A DNA stretch of 64,000 nucleotides from the NCBI GenBank assembly GCA_965263035.1, contig OZ253580.1, forward strand, positions 3,648,001 through 3,712,000, in the 5' to 3' direction. The notes below the pieces were generated by a model. It had not been told where the DNA came from, did no database searches, and worked only from the letters and a program-made list of their open reading frames with translations. This DNA is from Acidobacteriota bacterium. GTDB taxonomy: Bacteria > Acidobacteriota > UBA6911 > RPQK01 > JAJDTT01. Shown here one piece after another: positions 1 to 10,997 of this stretch (within the stretch, counting starts at the first letter, position 1; every line of letters starts with the position of its first letter). The translations under genes were made by a program, and so were the position numbers.

Positions 1-1
1 C

Positions 2-640
2 GCCAAGCAGTGGCATCTGGATGTCGCCGGCCGCTACAGTCGCAGTTTCGGGCCCCTCGACCTGGGCATGAGCGTTTTCGACGGCACTAGTCGAGACCCC
101 TTTCTGATTCTGGACCTGGACCGCGCCGAAGAACCGTCCCTGGTCCCGTATTATGAGCAGATCCGGCAGTTCGGGCTGGACGCCCAGCTCACGGCCGGTT
201 CGTGGCTGTTCAAGCTCGAGGCGATTCGGCGAACCGGCGCCCGAAACCGCCTCGGTGTGGAAGAGGACTACTCGGCTTCCTCCTTTGGCGGCGAATATAC
301 GTTCTATTCCGTATCGGGCTCGGCTGTGGATCTAACGCTGCTCAGCGAATGGAACTACGACGACCGGCGCCAATTTGCCACCAACATCTTCCAGAATGAT
401 GTTTTCCTTGCCGCGAGGATAGCGTTCAATGACGTTCAGAGCACAGAGATTCTCACCAGCATTCTGCGAGACGCCGACAGTGCCGGCCAAGTACTGACTC
501 TGGAATTGAACCGGCGCATCTCGGACCAGTGGTCTCTGCGTCTGGAGGCGATCGCTCTTCGTGGTATCAGGGAAGCGGATCTCACCTATGTGACTCGGCG
601 CGACAGCTTCGTCGAGTTGAACTTGATCTACAATTTTTGA
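2..640 (+). CDS. Partial (5'-truncated by window) probable outer-membrane beta-barrel protein
   Basis: Frame open from position 2 (AKQWHLDVAGRYSRSFGPLDLGMS...); alternating amphipathic strands; ends in ...LNLIYNF with the terminal Phe typical of OMPs. Confidence 0.6.
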   Translation, partial: AKQWHLDVAGRYSRSFGPLDLGMSVFDGTSRDPFLILDLDRAEEPSLVPYYEQIRQFGLDAQLTAGSWLFKLEAIRRTGARNRLGVEEDYSASSFGGEYTFYSVSGSAVDLTLLSEWNYDDRRQFATNIFQNDVFLAARIAFNDVQSTEILTSILRDADSAGQVLTLELNRRISDQWSLRLEAIALRGIREADLTYVTRRDSFVELNLIYNF

Positions 641-878
641 AAGCCGGTATTGTCCCATCGGCAGCAATCGACCGCCTCAGCTGAGTCCCAAACTCCGTTC
701 TGCCCACGCCTGAGATGCCGCCTTCCGCTTCTTTGGAATTCAGCTGCGCGCTGGATATTCCGGCGAGGATTTCTATCTGTAGGCCGTGCGGTAGTGGTTT
801 TGCTTGGATGTCCACCGGTGGTAGTATCCCCGATAAATTGTTGGAAGCCTCAGGTTGCAATATCCGGGAGTCAGAGCT

Positions 879-1217
879 ATGGAGGTACATGCCGAGCGGG
901 AAGATGGAATCTTGATCGCCCGAGCGGAGGGCCGTGTCGACGGCACCAACGCCCGCGAGTTCGAGGAGGCGCTCCACGCGGCCATCGGGGAGGATGATCG
1001 ACTCCTGATCATGGACCTGCAGGAACTCTCCTACATCAGCAGCCCCGGCCTTCGAGTTTGTCTGATGATTGCCAAGAAGCTCCAGAGACAGGGTGGAAAG
1101 CTCGTGGTCTGCTCGCTCACCGAAACCGTCAACCAGGTGTTTGAGATCAGTGGTTTCAGCAGAATCATCCCCACTCATGCCTCCCGGTCCGAAGCGGTCG
1201 CCAAGCACGGCGGCTAG
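879..1217 (+). CDS. STAS-domain anti-sigma factor antagonist (RsbV/SpoIIAA-like)
   Basis: GRVD...DLQELSYISSPGLRV...VFEISGF motif; ATG at 879. Confidence 0.9.
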   Translation: MEVHAEREDGILIARAEGRVDGTNAREFEEALHAAIGEDDRLLIMDLQELSYISSPGLRVCLMIAKKLQRQGGKLVVCSLTETVNQVFEISGFSRIIPTHASRSEAVAKHGG

Positions 1218-1383
1218 GATTTCACCTTGGAGACCAGGCTTGGCGCCGGCCGAGTCTTTCGCATTTCGCTGTCGGGCACGCCTGATGGCGAGCGGTATTG
1301 GAAGCGGAAGGAGATTTCGTTGGTGACGAGGCACAGTCGTCCCTTTTTTCCTGCATGACGTTCCGTCGGAGCGAGAGGCATCA

Positions 1384-1803
1384 TTGAGCCGGAAGCTTTC
1401 CCTGGAGATCGACCCCAGAGTTGACGAGCTGAGTACGATTACGGCCGCCATCGAGCAGTTCGGGGACGCGGAGCAATGGCCGCCCGATATGGTCTTTCAA
1501 ATCAATCTGGTTATCGAAGAGCTGGGACTCAACATCATGACCCACGGGAAGAGCGAGGATCTCGAGAAGATCGAGATCATGCTGACCGCGGAAGGGGAGT
1601 CCCTCACCATCGAAATCGTGGACAATGGTCGTCCGTTCGACCCGACCAGCGATGCTCCCGAACCCGATCTGGGTTCCGAATTGGGGGAACGCAGCATTGG
1701 TGGGCTCGGTGTCCATATCGTACGCAGCTTGGTGGACAGCTTGTGCTACCGGCGTCAGGGGGGGAGAAACCATGTGACTCTGGTCAAGGAGCGGGTCCGG
1801 TGA
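1384..1803 (+). CDS. Anti-sigma regulatory factor, RsbW-like HATPase
   Basis: EELGLNIMTHG (N box), IVDNGRPFDP (G1), IGGLGVHIV (G2). Confidence 0.9.
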   Translation: MSRKLSLEIDPRVDELSTITAAIEQFGDAEQWPPDMVFQINLVIEELGLNIMTHGKSEDLEKIEIMLTAEGESLTIEIVDNGRPFDPTSDAPEPDLGSELGERSIGGLGVHIVRSLVDSLCYRRQGGRNHVTLVKERVR

Positions 1804-2984
1804 AGCGATGCGCCGGCCGGCCGGCCGGTCTTTTCATACTGGCAGTTGCTTGGTTAATGACAGCGCTGCCGGTGCCGGCGCAGCAACCCGGCGTTTCCGG
1901 CCAACGCATTCTCTTCGGACAGTCCGCCGCTTTCAGCGGTCCTGCCCAGGAATTGGGTATCAGCATGCGTCTCGGGATCGAGGCCGCCTTCCACGAGCTC
2001 AACCGGGCGGGCGGCGTCCACGGCCGGCGATTGGAGTTGACTGCGCTGGACGACGCCTACGAGCCGGAAGCCGCCGTCGCCAACACCCAGGCACTGATCA
2101 GGGAACAAAAGGTTTTTGCCCTCATCGGCGCCGTCGGCACACCGACCTCACGCGCGGCCTTACCGATTGCCGCGGACGCGAGTGTGCCCTATATCGCCCC
2201 GTTCACGGGTGCCGCGTTCCTGCGCGATGCCAATTGGAGCAATGTCATCAACCTGCGAGCCTCCTACAACCAGGAGACGGAGGAAATGGTGGCCCGGCTG
2301 ACCGAGGACATGGGCATCAAGCGGATCGCCGTGTTGTACCAGGACGATTCCTTCGGTCGAGCCGGATACCGTGGAGTGCGGGCCGCACTCGACCGGAGAA
2401 AGATGACGCCGGTTGCCATCGGTTTGTATCCTCGCAATACCCTGGCGGTGAAGATGGCTCTCCTGGATGTGAACGAGGGAGACCCCAAGGCCGTGATTCT
2501 CATCGGGGCGTACAAACCTCTCGCCACGTTCATCTCATGGGCGCGGTTTTCGGGCCTGCATGCCGTATTCATGAACATCTCCTTCGTCGGCAGCAACGCG
2601 TTGGCGAAAGAGCTCGGTCCCGGCGGTGCCGGTGTTTACGTCACTCAGGTCGTGCCCTTTCCGACCGACAGATCTGTTCCCATCGTCCTCGACTACCATC
2701 GCGCTCTTTCCGCCTATGCATCCGACGCGGTTCCCGGGTTCATATCCTTCGAAGGCTATCTGGCCGGACGCCTGGCCATTGCCGGCTTGAAGAAGTGCGG
2801 GCGTGAGGTCAGTCGAACCGGTTTTCTGGACGGTTTTCGCCAAGCCGGAATGATCGACCTCGGCGGGTTCCGACTTCGTTTCGGCAAAGAGGACAACCAG
2901 GGCTCGGACGCCGTTTTCCTGACCGTAATCGGTCGTGACGGTCGATATCGTCCGATCAGCTCACTGCTGGAAGCGGCGCCGTGA
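1800..2984 (+). CDS. Periplasmic binding protein, LivJ/branched-chain amino acid type
   Basis: GTG at 1800 overlaps the upstream TGA; signal peptide, then GQSAAFSGP...GGVHGR...DDAYEP...GAVGTP; coupled to the kinase gene. Confidence 0.85.
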   Translation: MKRCAGRPAGLFILAVAWLMTALPVPAQQPGVSGQRILFGQSAAFSGPAQELGISMRLGIEAAFHELNRAGGVHGRRLELTALDDAYEPEAAVANTQALIREQKVFALIGAVGTPTSRAALPIAADASVPYIAPFTGAAFLRDANWSNVINLRASYNQETEEMVARLTEDMGIKRIAVLYQDDSFGRAGYRGVRAALDRRKMTPVAIGLYPRNTLAVKMALLDVNEGDPKAVILIGAYKPLATFISWARFSGLHAVFMNISFVGSNALAKELGPGGAGVYVTQVVPFPTDRSVPIVLDYHRALSAYASDAVPGFISFEGYLAGRLAIAGLKKCGREVSRTGFLDGFRQAGMIDLGGFRLRFGKEDNQGSDAVFLTVIGRDGRYRPISSLLEAAP

Positions 2985-5170
2985 TCGAACGACTGAACCG
3001 TTTGGTCGGAAGTCTGCTGCAGAGTCGCTTTCGGATCTCGACCCAGCTCTACGCCACCATCGGGGGCGCCGTCGCTCTGACCATTTCCGCGAGCCTGGTG
3101 GGCTGGTTTTCCTTCGATCGCGTAGGCGATCTCCAGCGGCGGGTCAATGAACTTCGGTTTCCGGAATTGGAGGCGGCGTTCGGCGTCGCCCAGTACAGTG
3201 GAGCCTTGGTAGCGGCCGCACCGCGCCTGACCACGGCCGAAACGCCGGAGGACTTCAAAAAGGTCGCAGCCGGCATCGCCGAAGCGAATCAGGCGCTTGA
3301 GGACCAATTGGCCGTTCTGGAGCGGCAAGATTCGGCAGATGAACGCTTCCAGCGCATACGTGCGCATGCCGATACGCTGATCTCCAACATCCGGGCGATT
3401 GAAACCGACATGTCCGCGATTTACACGCTGACCGATCGGAGTGCGGATCTGCGAACGGAACTCTTGGATTTGCAGGGAAGCCTGCAGCGGGTGATCTTCC
3501 CGGCCGTCGACGACCAGTTCTTCTACACCATCACGGGGCACCGCACCCTGGGTGAACCTCCGGCCCCTCGTTGGAAACATTTTTCGGAAGCTGAGTTCGA
3601 TCGTTTTCGCCATCTGACCGATCTTCTCGCGGACGCCAATATCGCAACCCAACTTCTGGACAGCGCCTTCACGGTTTCGGATGCCTTCTTGATTGAGCCT
3701 TTGAGGGACAAGTTCGAGGCCTCCCGCAACCGCATAGAACTGAGCCTTTCGACGTTGGAAGGATCCCAGTTGGGTGGCCGGATCTCGTCCGATTTACAAC
3801 GCCTGTTCGAGTTGGGGGCCGGGGAGGAGGGCTGCCTGAATCTGCTGGTCCGTCAACTCAGACTTACGGCGCGGCAGAGGGGGCTCTTGGCGAGAAACCA
3901 GGAGATCACCATCGATCTGGTGACCGAAGTCGATGAGCTGGTGAAAGCGTCGCAAGCGAGCGCGGCAGCGGCCACTCAAGAATCCACACAGGCCATCCTG
4001 GCAGGCCGGATCCTGCTCGTCGCCATCAACGGGCTCAGCATCGTTGGAGCCGTGCTCATCGCCTGGCTGATCGTGGGCCGGATATTGCTGCGCCGCCTGG
4101 CGCTGTTGTCGCAGCGCATGCGGCGAATGGCCGGCGGAGAATTGGAGGGCACGGTCGAGATCGAAGGACGGGACGAGGTAGCCGACATGGCCGCGGCCCT
4201 CGAGGTGTTTCGCCGTCACGCCCTGGAGGTTCAGCGTCTGAACCTGGTGGAGAAGCTGGCGGAGGAATTGCGCGGTAAGAACGACCAATTGGAGAGCGTG
4301 CTCGCAGACTTGCGGAAGGCTCAGGACCAGATCGTCATGCGTGAGAAGCTGGCGGCGCTCGGTGAGCTCACCGCGGGCGTCGCCCATGAGATCAGGAATC
4401 CTTTGAACTTCGTCAAGAACTTCGCGGAGGCGTCGGAGGAACTCTTGGAGGAACTCCAGGAAATCCTCGAAGAAGAGAGCAAAAAATTGAAAGCGGACGA
4501 CCGCGAACTGGTCGAGGAGTTGATTCAGGATCTCAACGATAATCTTCGGCGCATCCACTCACACGGTGAACGGGCCAACCGGATCGTTCACGACATGCTC
4601 ATGATGGGACGCGGCTCAGGCGAGTGGCAGGTGACCGACGTCAACAATCTGCTCGATGAACACACCCGGCTCGCCTACCATAGCGCCAGGGCGGCCGATC
4701 CTGACTTCCAACTCCACATGGAGATGAGTCTGGATCCGGAGACGGGTCACTTCGAAGTCATTCCGCAGGACATGGGCCGGGTTTTTCTGAACATGGTGAG
4801 CAACGCCTGCTACGCCACCGATCAGAAACGGCGCGCGGCTGTCGAGGCGGGGAAAGGGCCTTTCGACTACATGCCGACTCTGTGGCTTGCCACCCGGCGT
4901 CTTGATGACCGCGTGGAGGTCCGAATCAAGGACAATGGGAACGGAATTCCAGCCGAGATCGTGGACAGGATCTTCAATCCGTTCTTCACGACGAAACCCA
5001 CCGACCAGGGAACAGGGTTGGGCCTTGCTCTTTCCAACGACATCGTGCGGGAGCATGGAGGATCCATTCGAGTGGAAACCGTACCCGGCGAGTACACCGA
5101 AATGATTGTCGAGGTTCCCGTGATGCGCCCCGTGGCCATGGAAGGGGCCCCCGGCCGGCAACCGAGTTAG
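2981..5170 (+). CDS. Membrane sensor histidine kinase (periplasmic helical sensor, HAMP, HisKA, HATPase)
   Basis: Two TM segments, HAMP (GRDEVADMAAAL), H-box GVAHEIRNPLNF, DNGNG, FNPFFTTK, GTGLGL. Confidence 0.93.
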   Translation: MIERLNRLVGSLLQSRFRISTQLYATIGGAVALTISASLVGWFSFDRVGDLQRRVNELRFPELEAAFGVAQYSGALVAAAPRLTTAETPEDFKKVAAGIAEANQALEDQLAVLERQDSADERFQRIRAHADTLISNIRAIETDMSAIYTLTDRSADLRTELLDLQGSLQRVIFPAVDDQFFYTITGHRTLGEPPAPRWKHFSEAEFDRFRHLTDLLADANIATQLLDSAFTVSDAFLIEPLRDKFEASRNRIELSLSTLEGSQLGGRISSDLQRLFELGAGEEGCLNLLVRQLRLTARQRGLLARNQEITIDLVTEVDELVKASQASAAAATQESTQAILAGRILLVAINGLSIVGAVLIAWLIVGRILLRRLALLSQRMRRMAGGELEGTVEIEGRDEVADMAAALEVFRRHALEVQRLNLVEKLAEELRGKNDQLESVLADLRKAQDQIVMREKLAALGELTAGVAHEIRNPLNFVKNFAEASEELLEELQEILEEESKKLKADDRELVEELIQDLNDNLRRIHSHGERANRIVHDMLMMGRGSGEWQVTDVNNLLDEHTRLAYHSARAADPDFQLHMEMSLDPETGHFEVIPQDMGRVFLNMVSNACYATDQKRRAAVEAGKGPFDYMPTLWLATRRLDDRVEVRIKDNGNGIPAEIVDRIFNPFFTTKPTDQGTGLGLALSNDIVREHGGSIRVETVPGEYTEMIVEVPVMRPVAMEGAPGRQPS

Positions 5171-5276
5171 GACTTGGCCCGAGTTTCACCGCGCAACGTC
5201 GTCGCTGGAACGTTAATAGTGTCGATTCGCGAGATGTTCTAATCTCGAGCGAAATCGCGTTTCGCGAGTCAGCTTC

Positions 5277-6710
5277 ATGGATTTTCGATCCTGCGATCTG
5301 GACGCCCAGTACTACGACGAAATGTTCCGTGAGGACGGCGCCCCACGAGAACATAGTCAATTGCTGTACGAAGCCCTGTGCCGACTGTCGGTCGAGGAAG
5401 TCGGCAGCATTCAGGAACGGGTCACGCGTTCGTTCTCCCAAGAAGGAATTACCTTTACCGTTTACGGTGACGATGAAGCCGAGGAGCGCATCATCCCCAT
5501 CGACTGCGTTCCCCGAATTCTTTCGGGGGATGAGTGGCGCCAGTTGGAAGCCGGCCTGACCCAGCGACTCACGGCTCTGAACCGTTTTCTGCAGGATATC
5601 TACAACGAGGCTCGCATTATCGCGGACGGTGTCATCCCGTTGGACATGGTGCGGGGTTGTCCCCAGTACCGCCTGGAAATGCGTGGGTTTTCGGCGCCCC
5701 ATGGCGTCTGGATCGGCGTTTGCGGCACTGACCTGGTGCGCACCAATGACGGATTCTGCGTGTTGGAAGACAACCTGCGGGTTCCCTCGGGGGTTTCGTA
5801 CATGATCGCCAACCGGAAGGCGGTGAAGGCCAGTCTTCGCCTCGTCTACAGAAACTCCCGAGTTAGAGAAGTGGAGCACTACGGACGCGTCCTGCTCCAG
5901 ACCCTGCGAGAGTTGGCGCCCAGAGATCGGTCGGGACCCTGCATCGTGCTGCTGACACCGGGTGTCTACAATTCCGCGTTCTACGAGCACATATTTCTGG
6001 CAAACGAGATCGGTGCCGAGTTGGTGGAGGGCCGCGACCTATTGGTCAACGATGGCTACGTCTACATGCGAACTACGGCGGGCCTGAAGCGCGTCGATGT
6101 GATCTACCGGCGTGTGGACGACGATTTTATCGATCCTCTCGTGTTTCGTCCCGACTCTCTGCTTGGCGTACCCGGGCTGATCCACGCCTACAAGCAGGGC
6201 AACGTATCCCTGGTCAACGCACCCGGCACCGGGGTCGCCGATGACAAGAGCGTCTATGCCTATGTGCCGGACATGGTCCGCTACTACTTGGGGGAGGAGC
6301 CGCTTCTTCAGAACGTGAAGACCTGGATCTGCCGCCGACCCGAAGAGCTCGAATATACTCTCGACAACCTGGAGAACCTGGTGGTGAAGCGGGTAGGAGA
6401 GTCCGGCGGATATGGGATGCTGGTCGGTCCGCACTCGACTTGCCAAGAGCGTGACGAATACGCGAAGCAGGTGCGGGCCAATCCGGCCGATTTCATTTCG
6501 CAGCCTGTTCTGTCGCTCTCACGCGCGCCTTGCGTGATCGATGGCCAGGCCGAACCGCGCCACGTCGATCTGCGTCCGTTCGTCCTCAATGGCCGCCGGA
6601 TCCGAATAGTGCCCGGAGCTTTCTGCCGTGTGGCGCTGCGCCGGGGCAGCCTGGTGGTGAACTCGAGTCAGGGCGGAGGCGGCAAAGACCTGTGGGTGTT
6701 GGGAGACTGA
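5277..6710 (+). CDS. Circularly permuted type 2 ATP-grasp protein
   Basis: GITFTVYG, LEDNLRVPSGVSY, NSAFYEH, RVDVIYRRVDDDFIDP, HVDLRPF, VVNSSQGGGGKD. Confidence 0.95.
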   Translation: MDFRSCDLDAQYYDEMFREDGAPREHSQLLYEALCRLSVEEVGSIQERVTRSFSQEGITFTVYGDDEAEERIIPIDCVPRILSGDEWRQLEAGLTQRLTALNRFLQDIYNEARIIADGVIPLDMVRGCPQYRLEMRGFSAPHGVWIGVCGTDLVRTNDGFCVLEDNLRVPSGVSYMIANRKAVKASLRLVYRNSRVREVEHYGRVLLQTLRELAPRDRSGPCIVLLTPGVYNSAFYEHIFLANEIGAELVEGRDLLVNDGYVYMRTTAGLKRVDVIYRRVDDDFIDPLVFRPDSLLGVPGLIHAYKQGNVSLVNAPGTGVADDKSVYAYVPDMVRYYLGEEPLLQNVKTWICRRPEELEYTLDNLENLVVKRVGESGGYGMLVGPHSTCQERDEYAKQVRANPADFISQPVLSLSRAPCVIDGQAEPRHVDLRPFVLNGRRIRIVPGAFCRVALRRGSLVVNSSQGGGGKDLWVLGD

Positions 6711-6978
6711 GTGGAGCGGGTCGCGGCGTTCCTGCGACCGCTGATGAGTGATTCTGCTGGTATGACACGACTGCAACCGGGGAGGGAGCCATGAGAGAAG
6801 GAACGAAGATCCCGCTGCACACGCGGCTGCTGCGGGGAGCGGTGGGGAAGCTGTTGCTGGTGGTGATCTGTCTGCTGTGCGGGACGGCGGCGGCGCAGGC
6901 GGCGGTGGACGACGAGGTGCTGTACGTGTTCAACACCTTCTCGTTCATGGTCTGGGGCGCCATGGTGATGTGGATGTG

Positions 6979-8760
6979 TGAAGGTGTCCCGTTTTCGTGG
7001 ACGGTTTATTAGTGCGGTTTACGTTGGTCTAGGTTGTAATACTCCTTCTGTCGTTGGGGAGCAAGACTTCCTCCCGCTGAATGTCAATGGCCATAGAAAA
7101 TGTCAGGGTGTTGACCATTGACAGAGCGTTCTTTCTTCTGTGGGGGGACTGATGGAGGCGTCAGCAAAAGGGCTCACGTTGTGGGAAATCTCTGATTTTC
7201 CACAATGGGATACCGCGTAACGAGGGGGCCTCGGCGCTCTCTTTCCAGGGATTTAAGAGTGGTGTGTATCTCTTTGCATCCGGGGGTCTCAGGGGGGCAG
7301 CGCCCCCCTGCCCTCTTCAATCGTGTCGCGCGCGACGCTTGGTGCGACGGTGATGGTGCTGGTTTCGTGGTCGAGCAGCGCGAAAACGAACCGGTTCGTG
7401 AGGCGGCGTCAGTCCTTCTGAGCCTCCCGGCCCGCAGGACCGGCATTGGAGGCAGGAAAGACGACCCCAGCAGGTCATCACTGCACTCGGCGAGAGCACG
7501 AATCGGGGATCTCGTCGTCCGGATCGAGTTTCGACGACGGCGTGGGTCCTACGCTGCCTGCTGCTCGTAGCGGACCGGCGACTCGTAGCCCAGCGCCGAG
7601 TGTCGGCGCCGCCGGTTGTAGAATCCCTCAATGAAGTCGAAGACGGCCCGCCTCGCCTGATTCGGATTCCGGAACTGGTGACAGTCCAGCAACTCGCACT
7701 CTAGCGTCGCGAAGAAGCTCTCGCACATCGCGTTGTCGTAAGCGTCCCCCACCGAGCCCATCGACGGCCGCACCCCGGCCTCCCGGCATCTCTTCCCGAA
7801 GGCAGTCGAGGTGTACTGCGCCCCCTGGTCCGAGTGGTGGATCACCTGCTTCGGCTGCCGCCGTATCACCGCCATGGCGAGCGCCTTTTCGACCAGTTCG
7901 GAGCGCAGATGGGTCTCCATCGCCCAGCCCACAACCAAGCGGCTCCAGGCGTCCAGGACCACGGCCACGTACAACCAGCCCGCCTTCGTGCGGACATACG
8001 TCAGGTCCGCCACCCAGAGCTGATCCGGTCCCTCAGCCGCGAAGTTCCGGTTCACCAGGTCCGGCGCGGGACGGGCGTCCCGGTCCCTCCGGGTGAGCCC
8101 GGCCTTCCGGTGCCTCCGGCTCGCCCCCTGAATCCCGGCTTCCCGCATCAATCGACCGACACGCTTCGGGCTCGTCCGTTCCCCTCGAGCTCTCAGTTCG
8201 GCATGCAGACGAGGCCGACCGTAAACTCTCCGGTTCTCGTTCCAGATCTGCACGATCTTTTCCCGAAGCGCCTGGTCCTGGCGAGCTCGATTCGAGGGCA
8301 GACGTTTCAACCAGGCGTAGTACCCACTGGGGGAAAGACCCAACACGCGGCACATCACCCGAATCGGAAACTGGGCCCGGTGCGCCTTTACGAACTCGAA
8401 TCCTTTCCGGGGATCGAGTCGCTCTCCCGGGCGAACCAAGCCGCGGCTTTTTTTAGGATGTCCCGCTCCATCCGCAGGCGCTTGATCTCCCGCCTCGCCT
8501 GGCGCAACTCCTGGCGCTCGAACGTCGTCAACCCGTCGCTCCGGTGCCCCTCGTCCAGATCGGCCTGCTTGACCCACTTCCGGATCGCCGAAGCCGAGGG
8601 CTCGAACTCCCGCGCCAGTGCCTCCGGCGATCGCCCCGAGCGCACCAGCCCTACGATCTCCCGCCGGAACTCCGGCGGATACCGTCTCTGCTTTCTTGCC
8701 ATCGTGGATCCCTCCTTACTCCCCTACTTTGGAAGTGTCCACGAAAGCGGGTCAACTCCA
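6979..8760 (-). mobile_element. IS3-family insertion, 1782 bp, 3-bp TSD GTG
   Basis: Imperfect IRs TGAAGGTGTCCCGTTTTCGTGGAC and TGGAGTTGACCCGCTTTCGTGGAC (TG...CA ends); GTG at 6976-6978 and 8761-8763. Confidence 0.93.
7549..8702 (-). CDS. IS3 transposase OrfA (8388-8702) and OrfB, joined by programmed -1 frameshift
   Basis: OrfA HTH (RRYPPEFRREIV); A7G slippery site at 8447-8454; OrfB DDE motifs WVADLTY, HHSDQGAQY, DNAMCESFF. Confidence 0.93.
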
Positions 8761-9982
8761 GTGCGCCGGGTTCACGATGCTGGAGTCCGGGTCGGTGCGG
8801 ACCAAGAACGCGTCCATGATCTGCATGAAGAACATCGGACTGTACTCGATCGCGGGGCTGGCCTACTACGTGATCGGGTACAACCTGATGTACACGGACG
8901 TGGGGAGCGTGATCGGGTCGTTCAAGCTGCTGTACGGGCCGACGGCGGCGGATCTGGCGCTGGTGGCGGGCCAGGAGGGGGCAGCGGCGGCGGTGACGGG
9001 GGCCGAGAGCAAGTACTCGACGATGTCGGACTGGTTTTTCCAGATGGTGTTCGTGGCGACGGCAGCGTCGATCGTGTCGGGGGCGCTGGCCGAGCGGGTG
9101 AAGATGTGGTCGTTTTTCGTGTTCACGATAGTGCTGACGGCGGTGATCTACCCGGTGGTGGGGGCGTGGACCTGGGGCGGCGGCTGGCTGAGCGAGCTGG
9201 GGTTCCAGGATTTCGCGGGATCGACGATCGTGCACAGCACGGGCGGCTGGGCCGCGTTGGCGGGGATCCTGATCGTGGGGCCGCGGCTGGGCAAGTACCG
9301 CAAGGACGGGACGGTGAGGCCGACGCCGCCGTCGAACGTGATCGTGGTGACGCTGGGGGTGTTCATTCTCTGGTTCGGGTGGTTCGGATTCAACGGCGGG
9401 TCGCAGTTGGCGCTGGGGAGCGCGGCGGACGTGATGGCGATGAGCCACGTGCTGGTGAACACGAACCTGGCGGCGGCGGCGGGGGTGGTGACGGCCCTGA
9501 TCGCGTCGCGGCCGATTCTGGGGCGCAATGACCTGTTCGCGACGTTGAACGGGGGCATCGCGGGCCTGGTGGCGATCACGGCGGGACCGGACATCGTGTC
9601 GCACCACTGGTCGATCCTCATCGGCGCCATCGGCGCGATCCTGTGCACGGCGGCGATCAAGTTTCTGGAGAAAGTGAAGATCGACGACGTGGTGGGAGCG
9701 GTGCCGGCGCACCTGTTTGCGGGGACCTGGGGAACGATCGCGGTCTGCATAGCGGCGGGCGGCAACGTCGGGGTCCAGTTGTTGGGCATCGTGTCGGTGG
9801 GTGCGTTCGTGTTCGCGTCATCATTGATCGTGTGGAAAGTGCTGGCGATGACGATGGGCGTGCGGGTGTCGGCCCAGGTGGAACGGCTGGGACAGGACGT
9901 GGGCGAGTTGGGCATGGAGGCCTATCCCGAGTTCGTCCTCATGCCGGAAGAACTGGACGACGAGTTCGACGAATAATCGAGG

Positions 9983-10993
9983 TTGATCAACAGGAGATCC
10001 AGGTTGCTTTCGCGCAACGCTCAAGGTCTGTATTGGATGGGCCGTTACCTCGAGAGGGCGGAGCATCTCTGCCGCCTGTTGCGACTGCAGGTCGAGGCTC
10101 TGGTGGATCGTCCGATTCGTGAGATCCACTTTGGGTGGAGCCGCATCTACGTCAGTCTGAATCGGCATCCGTCCGGAGGCCCCCTGGAGCTTCTGGGAGA
10201 CGAGGAGGACGATCCGCTGGGCGATTCCTACACGCTGGCCGACTTCTACACCTTGGCCGACGACCTCACGTTCGAAAGGTCGAATCCCGATTCGGTATTC
10301 AGTTGCTTCGCCATGGGCCGTGAAAACGCCCGCCAGATGCGCAATCGGATCAGTGCCGAGATGTGGAGTTGTCTGAACCGGGCCTACCTGCGACTTCAGG
10401 ACATGACCATCCAGAAAATCTGGGAGGTCTCCCCGGAGAATTTCTACGTGGCAACCGCGCGTGACATCGATACCTTCAATGGTGTCGCGGAAGTGACCAT
10501 GTATCGTGATGAAGGCTGGCGTTTCTGGCGGCTGGGGCGTTCCATCGAACGGGCCCAGTCCTCGGCCGGGTTGTTTCTGGCCCAAATGAACGCCGGCCGT
10601 CGGATCGACTCCTCTTTGGGAGAGGACTGGACCGGTCTTCTGCGCTTCTGCCAGGCGTTTGACGTCTACAATCGAAAATACAGCGTCGACGTGCAGCCGG
10701 ATCAGGTTCTGGACTTGCTGGTGACGGACCCGCATCTGCCCGGCTCCCTCTTTCGTTCCCTCAACGCGGCGGTCATGGAGCTTGACGCCATCGGCCCCGG
10801 CCCCATCGCCGAATCGGGTGCACAGGCGCGGCGTCTGGCGGGCCGTCTTCGAGCCTTGATCCACTATGCCTGGGGGGATCGGGAGGACCACGAGAGTCTG
10901 CTCCAGTGGATCGGTGAGAACTGCCGGAAGCTCCACGAACTGGTCATCGCAGCCTATGTCGACTACCCCATCGAGGACTCCCCGCTACGCTGA
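9983..10993 (+). CDS. Alpha-E domain protein (DUF403-like)
   Basis: LYWMGRYLERAE and LGRSIERA ER motifs; RENARQMRNRISAEMW. Confidence 0.93.
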   Translation: MINRRSRLLSRNAQGLYWMGRYLERAEHLCRLLRLQVEALVDRPIREIHFGWSRIYVSLNRHPSGGPLELLGDEEDDPLGDSYTLADFYTLADDLTFERSNPDSVFSCFAMGRENARQMRNRISAEMWSCLNRAYLRLQDMTIQKIWEVSPENFYVATARDIDTFNGVAEVTMYRDEGWRFWRLGRSIERAQSSAGLFLAQMNAGRRIDSSLGEDWTGLLRFCQAFDVYNRKYSVDVQPDQVLDLLVTDPHLPGSLFRSLNAAVMELDAIGPGPIAESGAQARRLAGRLRALIHYAWGDREDHESLLQWIGENCRKLHELVIAAYVDYPIEDSPLR

Positions 10994-10997
10994 TCCC

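Larger units (their letters stand above)
6791..9976 (+). pseudogene. amtB: Ammonium transporter interrupted by IS3
   Basis: Removing 6979-8760 plus one GTG restores ...VMWMCAGFTMLESG...; C-terminal part has FFQMVF, DFAGSTIVH, WFGWFGFNGGS, IDDVVGAVPAH. Confidence 0.93.

Noticed and set aside
6768-6790. Sigma-54 promoter upstream of amt
   Set aside because: GG and GC are 12 nt apart rather than the required 10
7834-9915. Long alternative-frame and antisense ORFs over IS3/amt, and similar ones across the window
   Set aside because: Shadow ORFs from high GC, with low-complexity Arg/Gly/Pro translations overlapping well-supported genes
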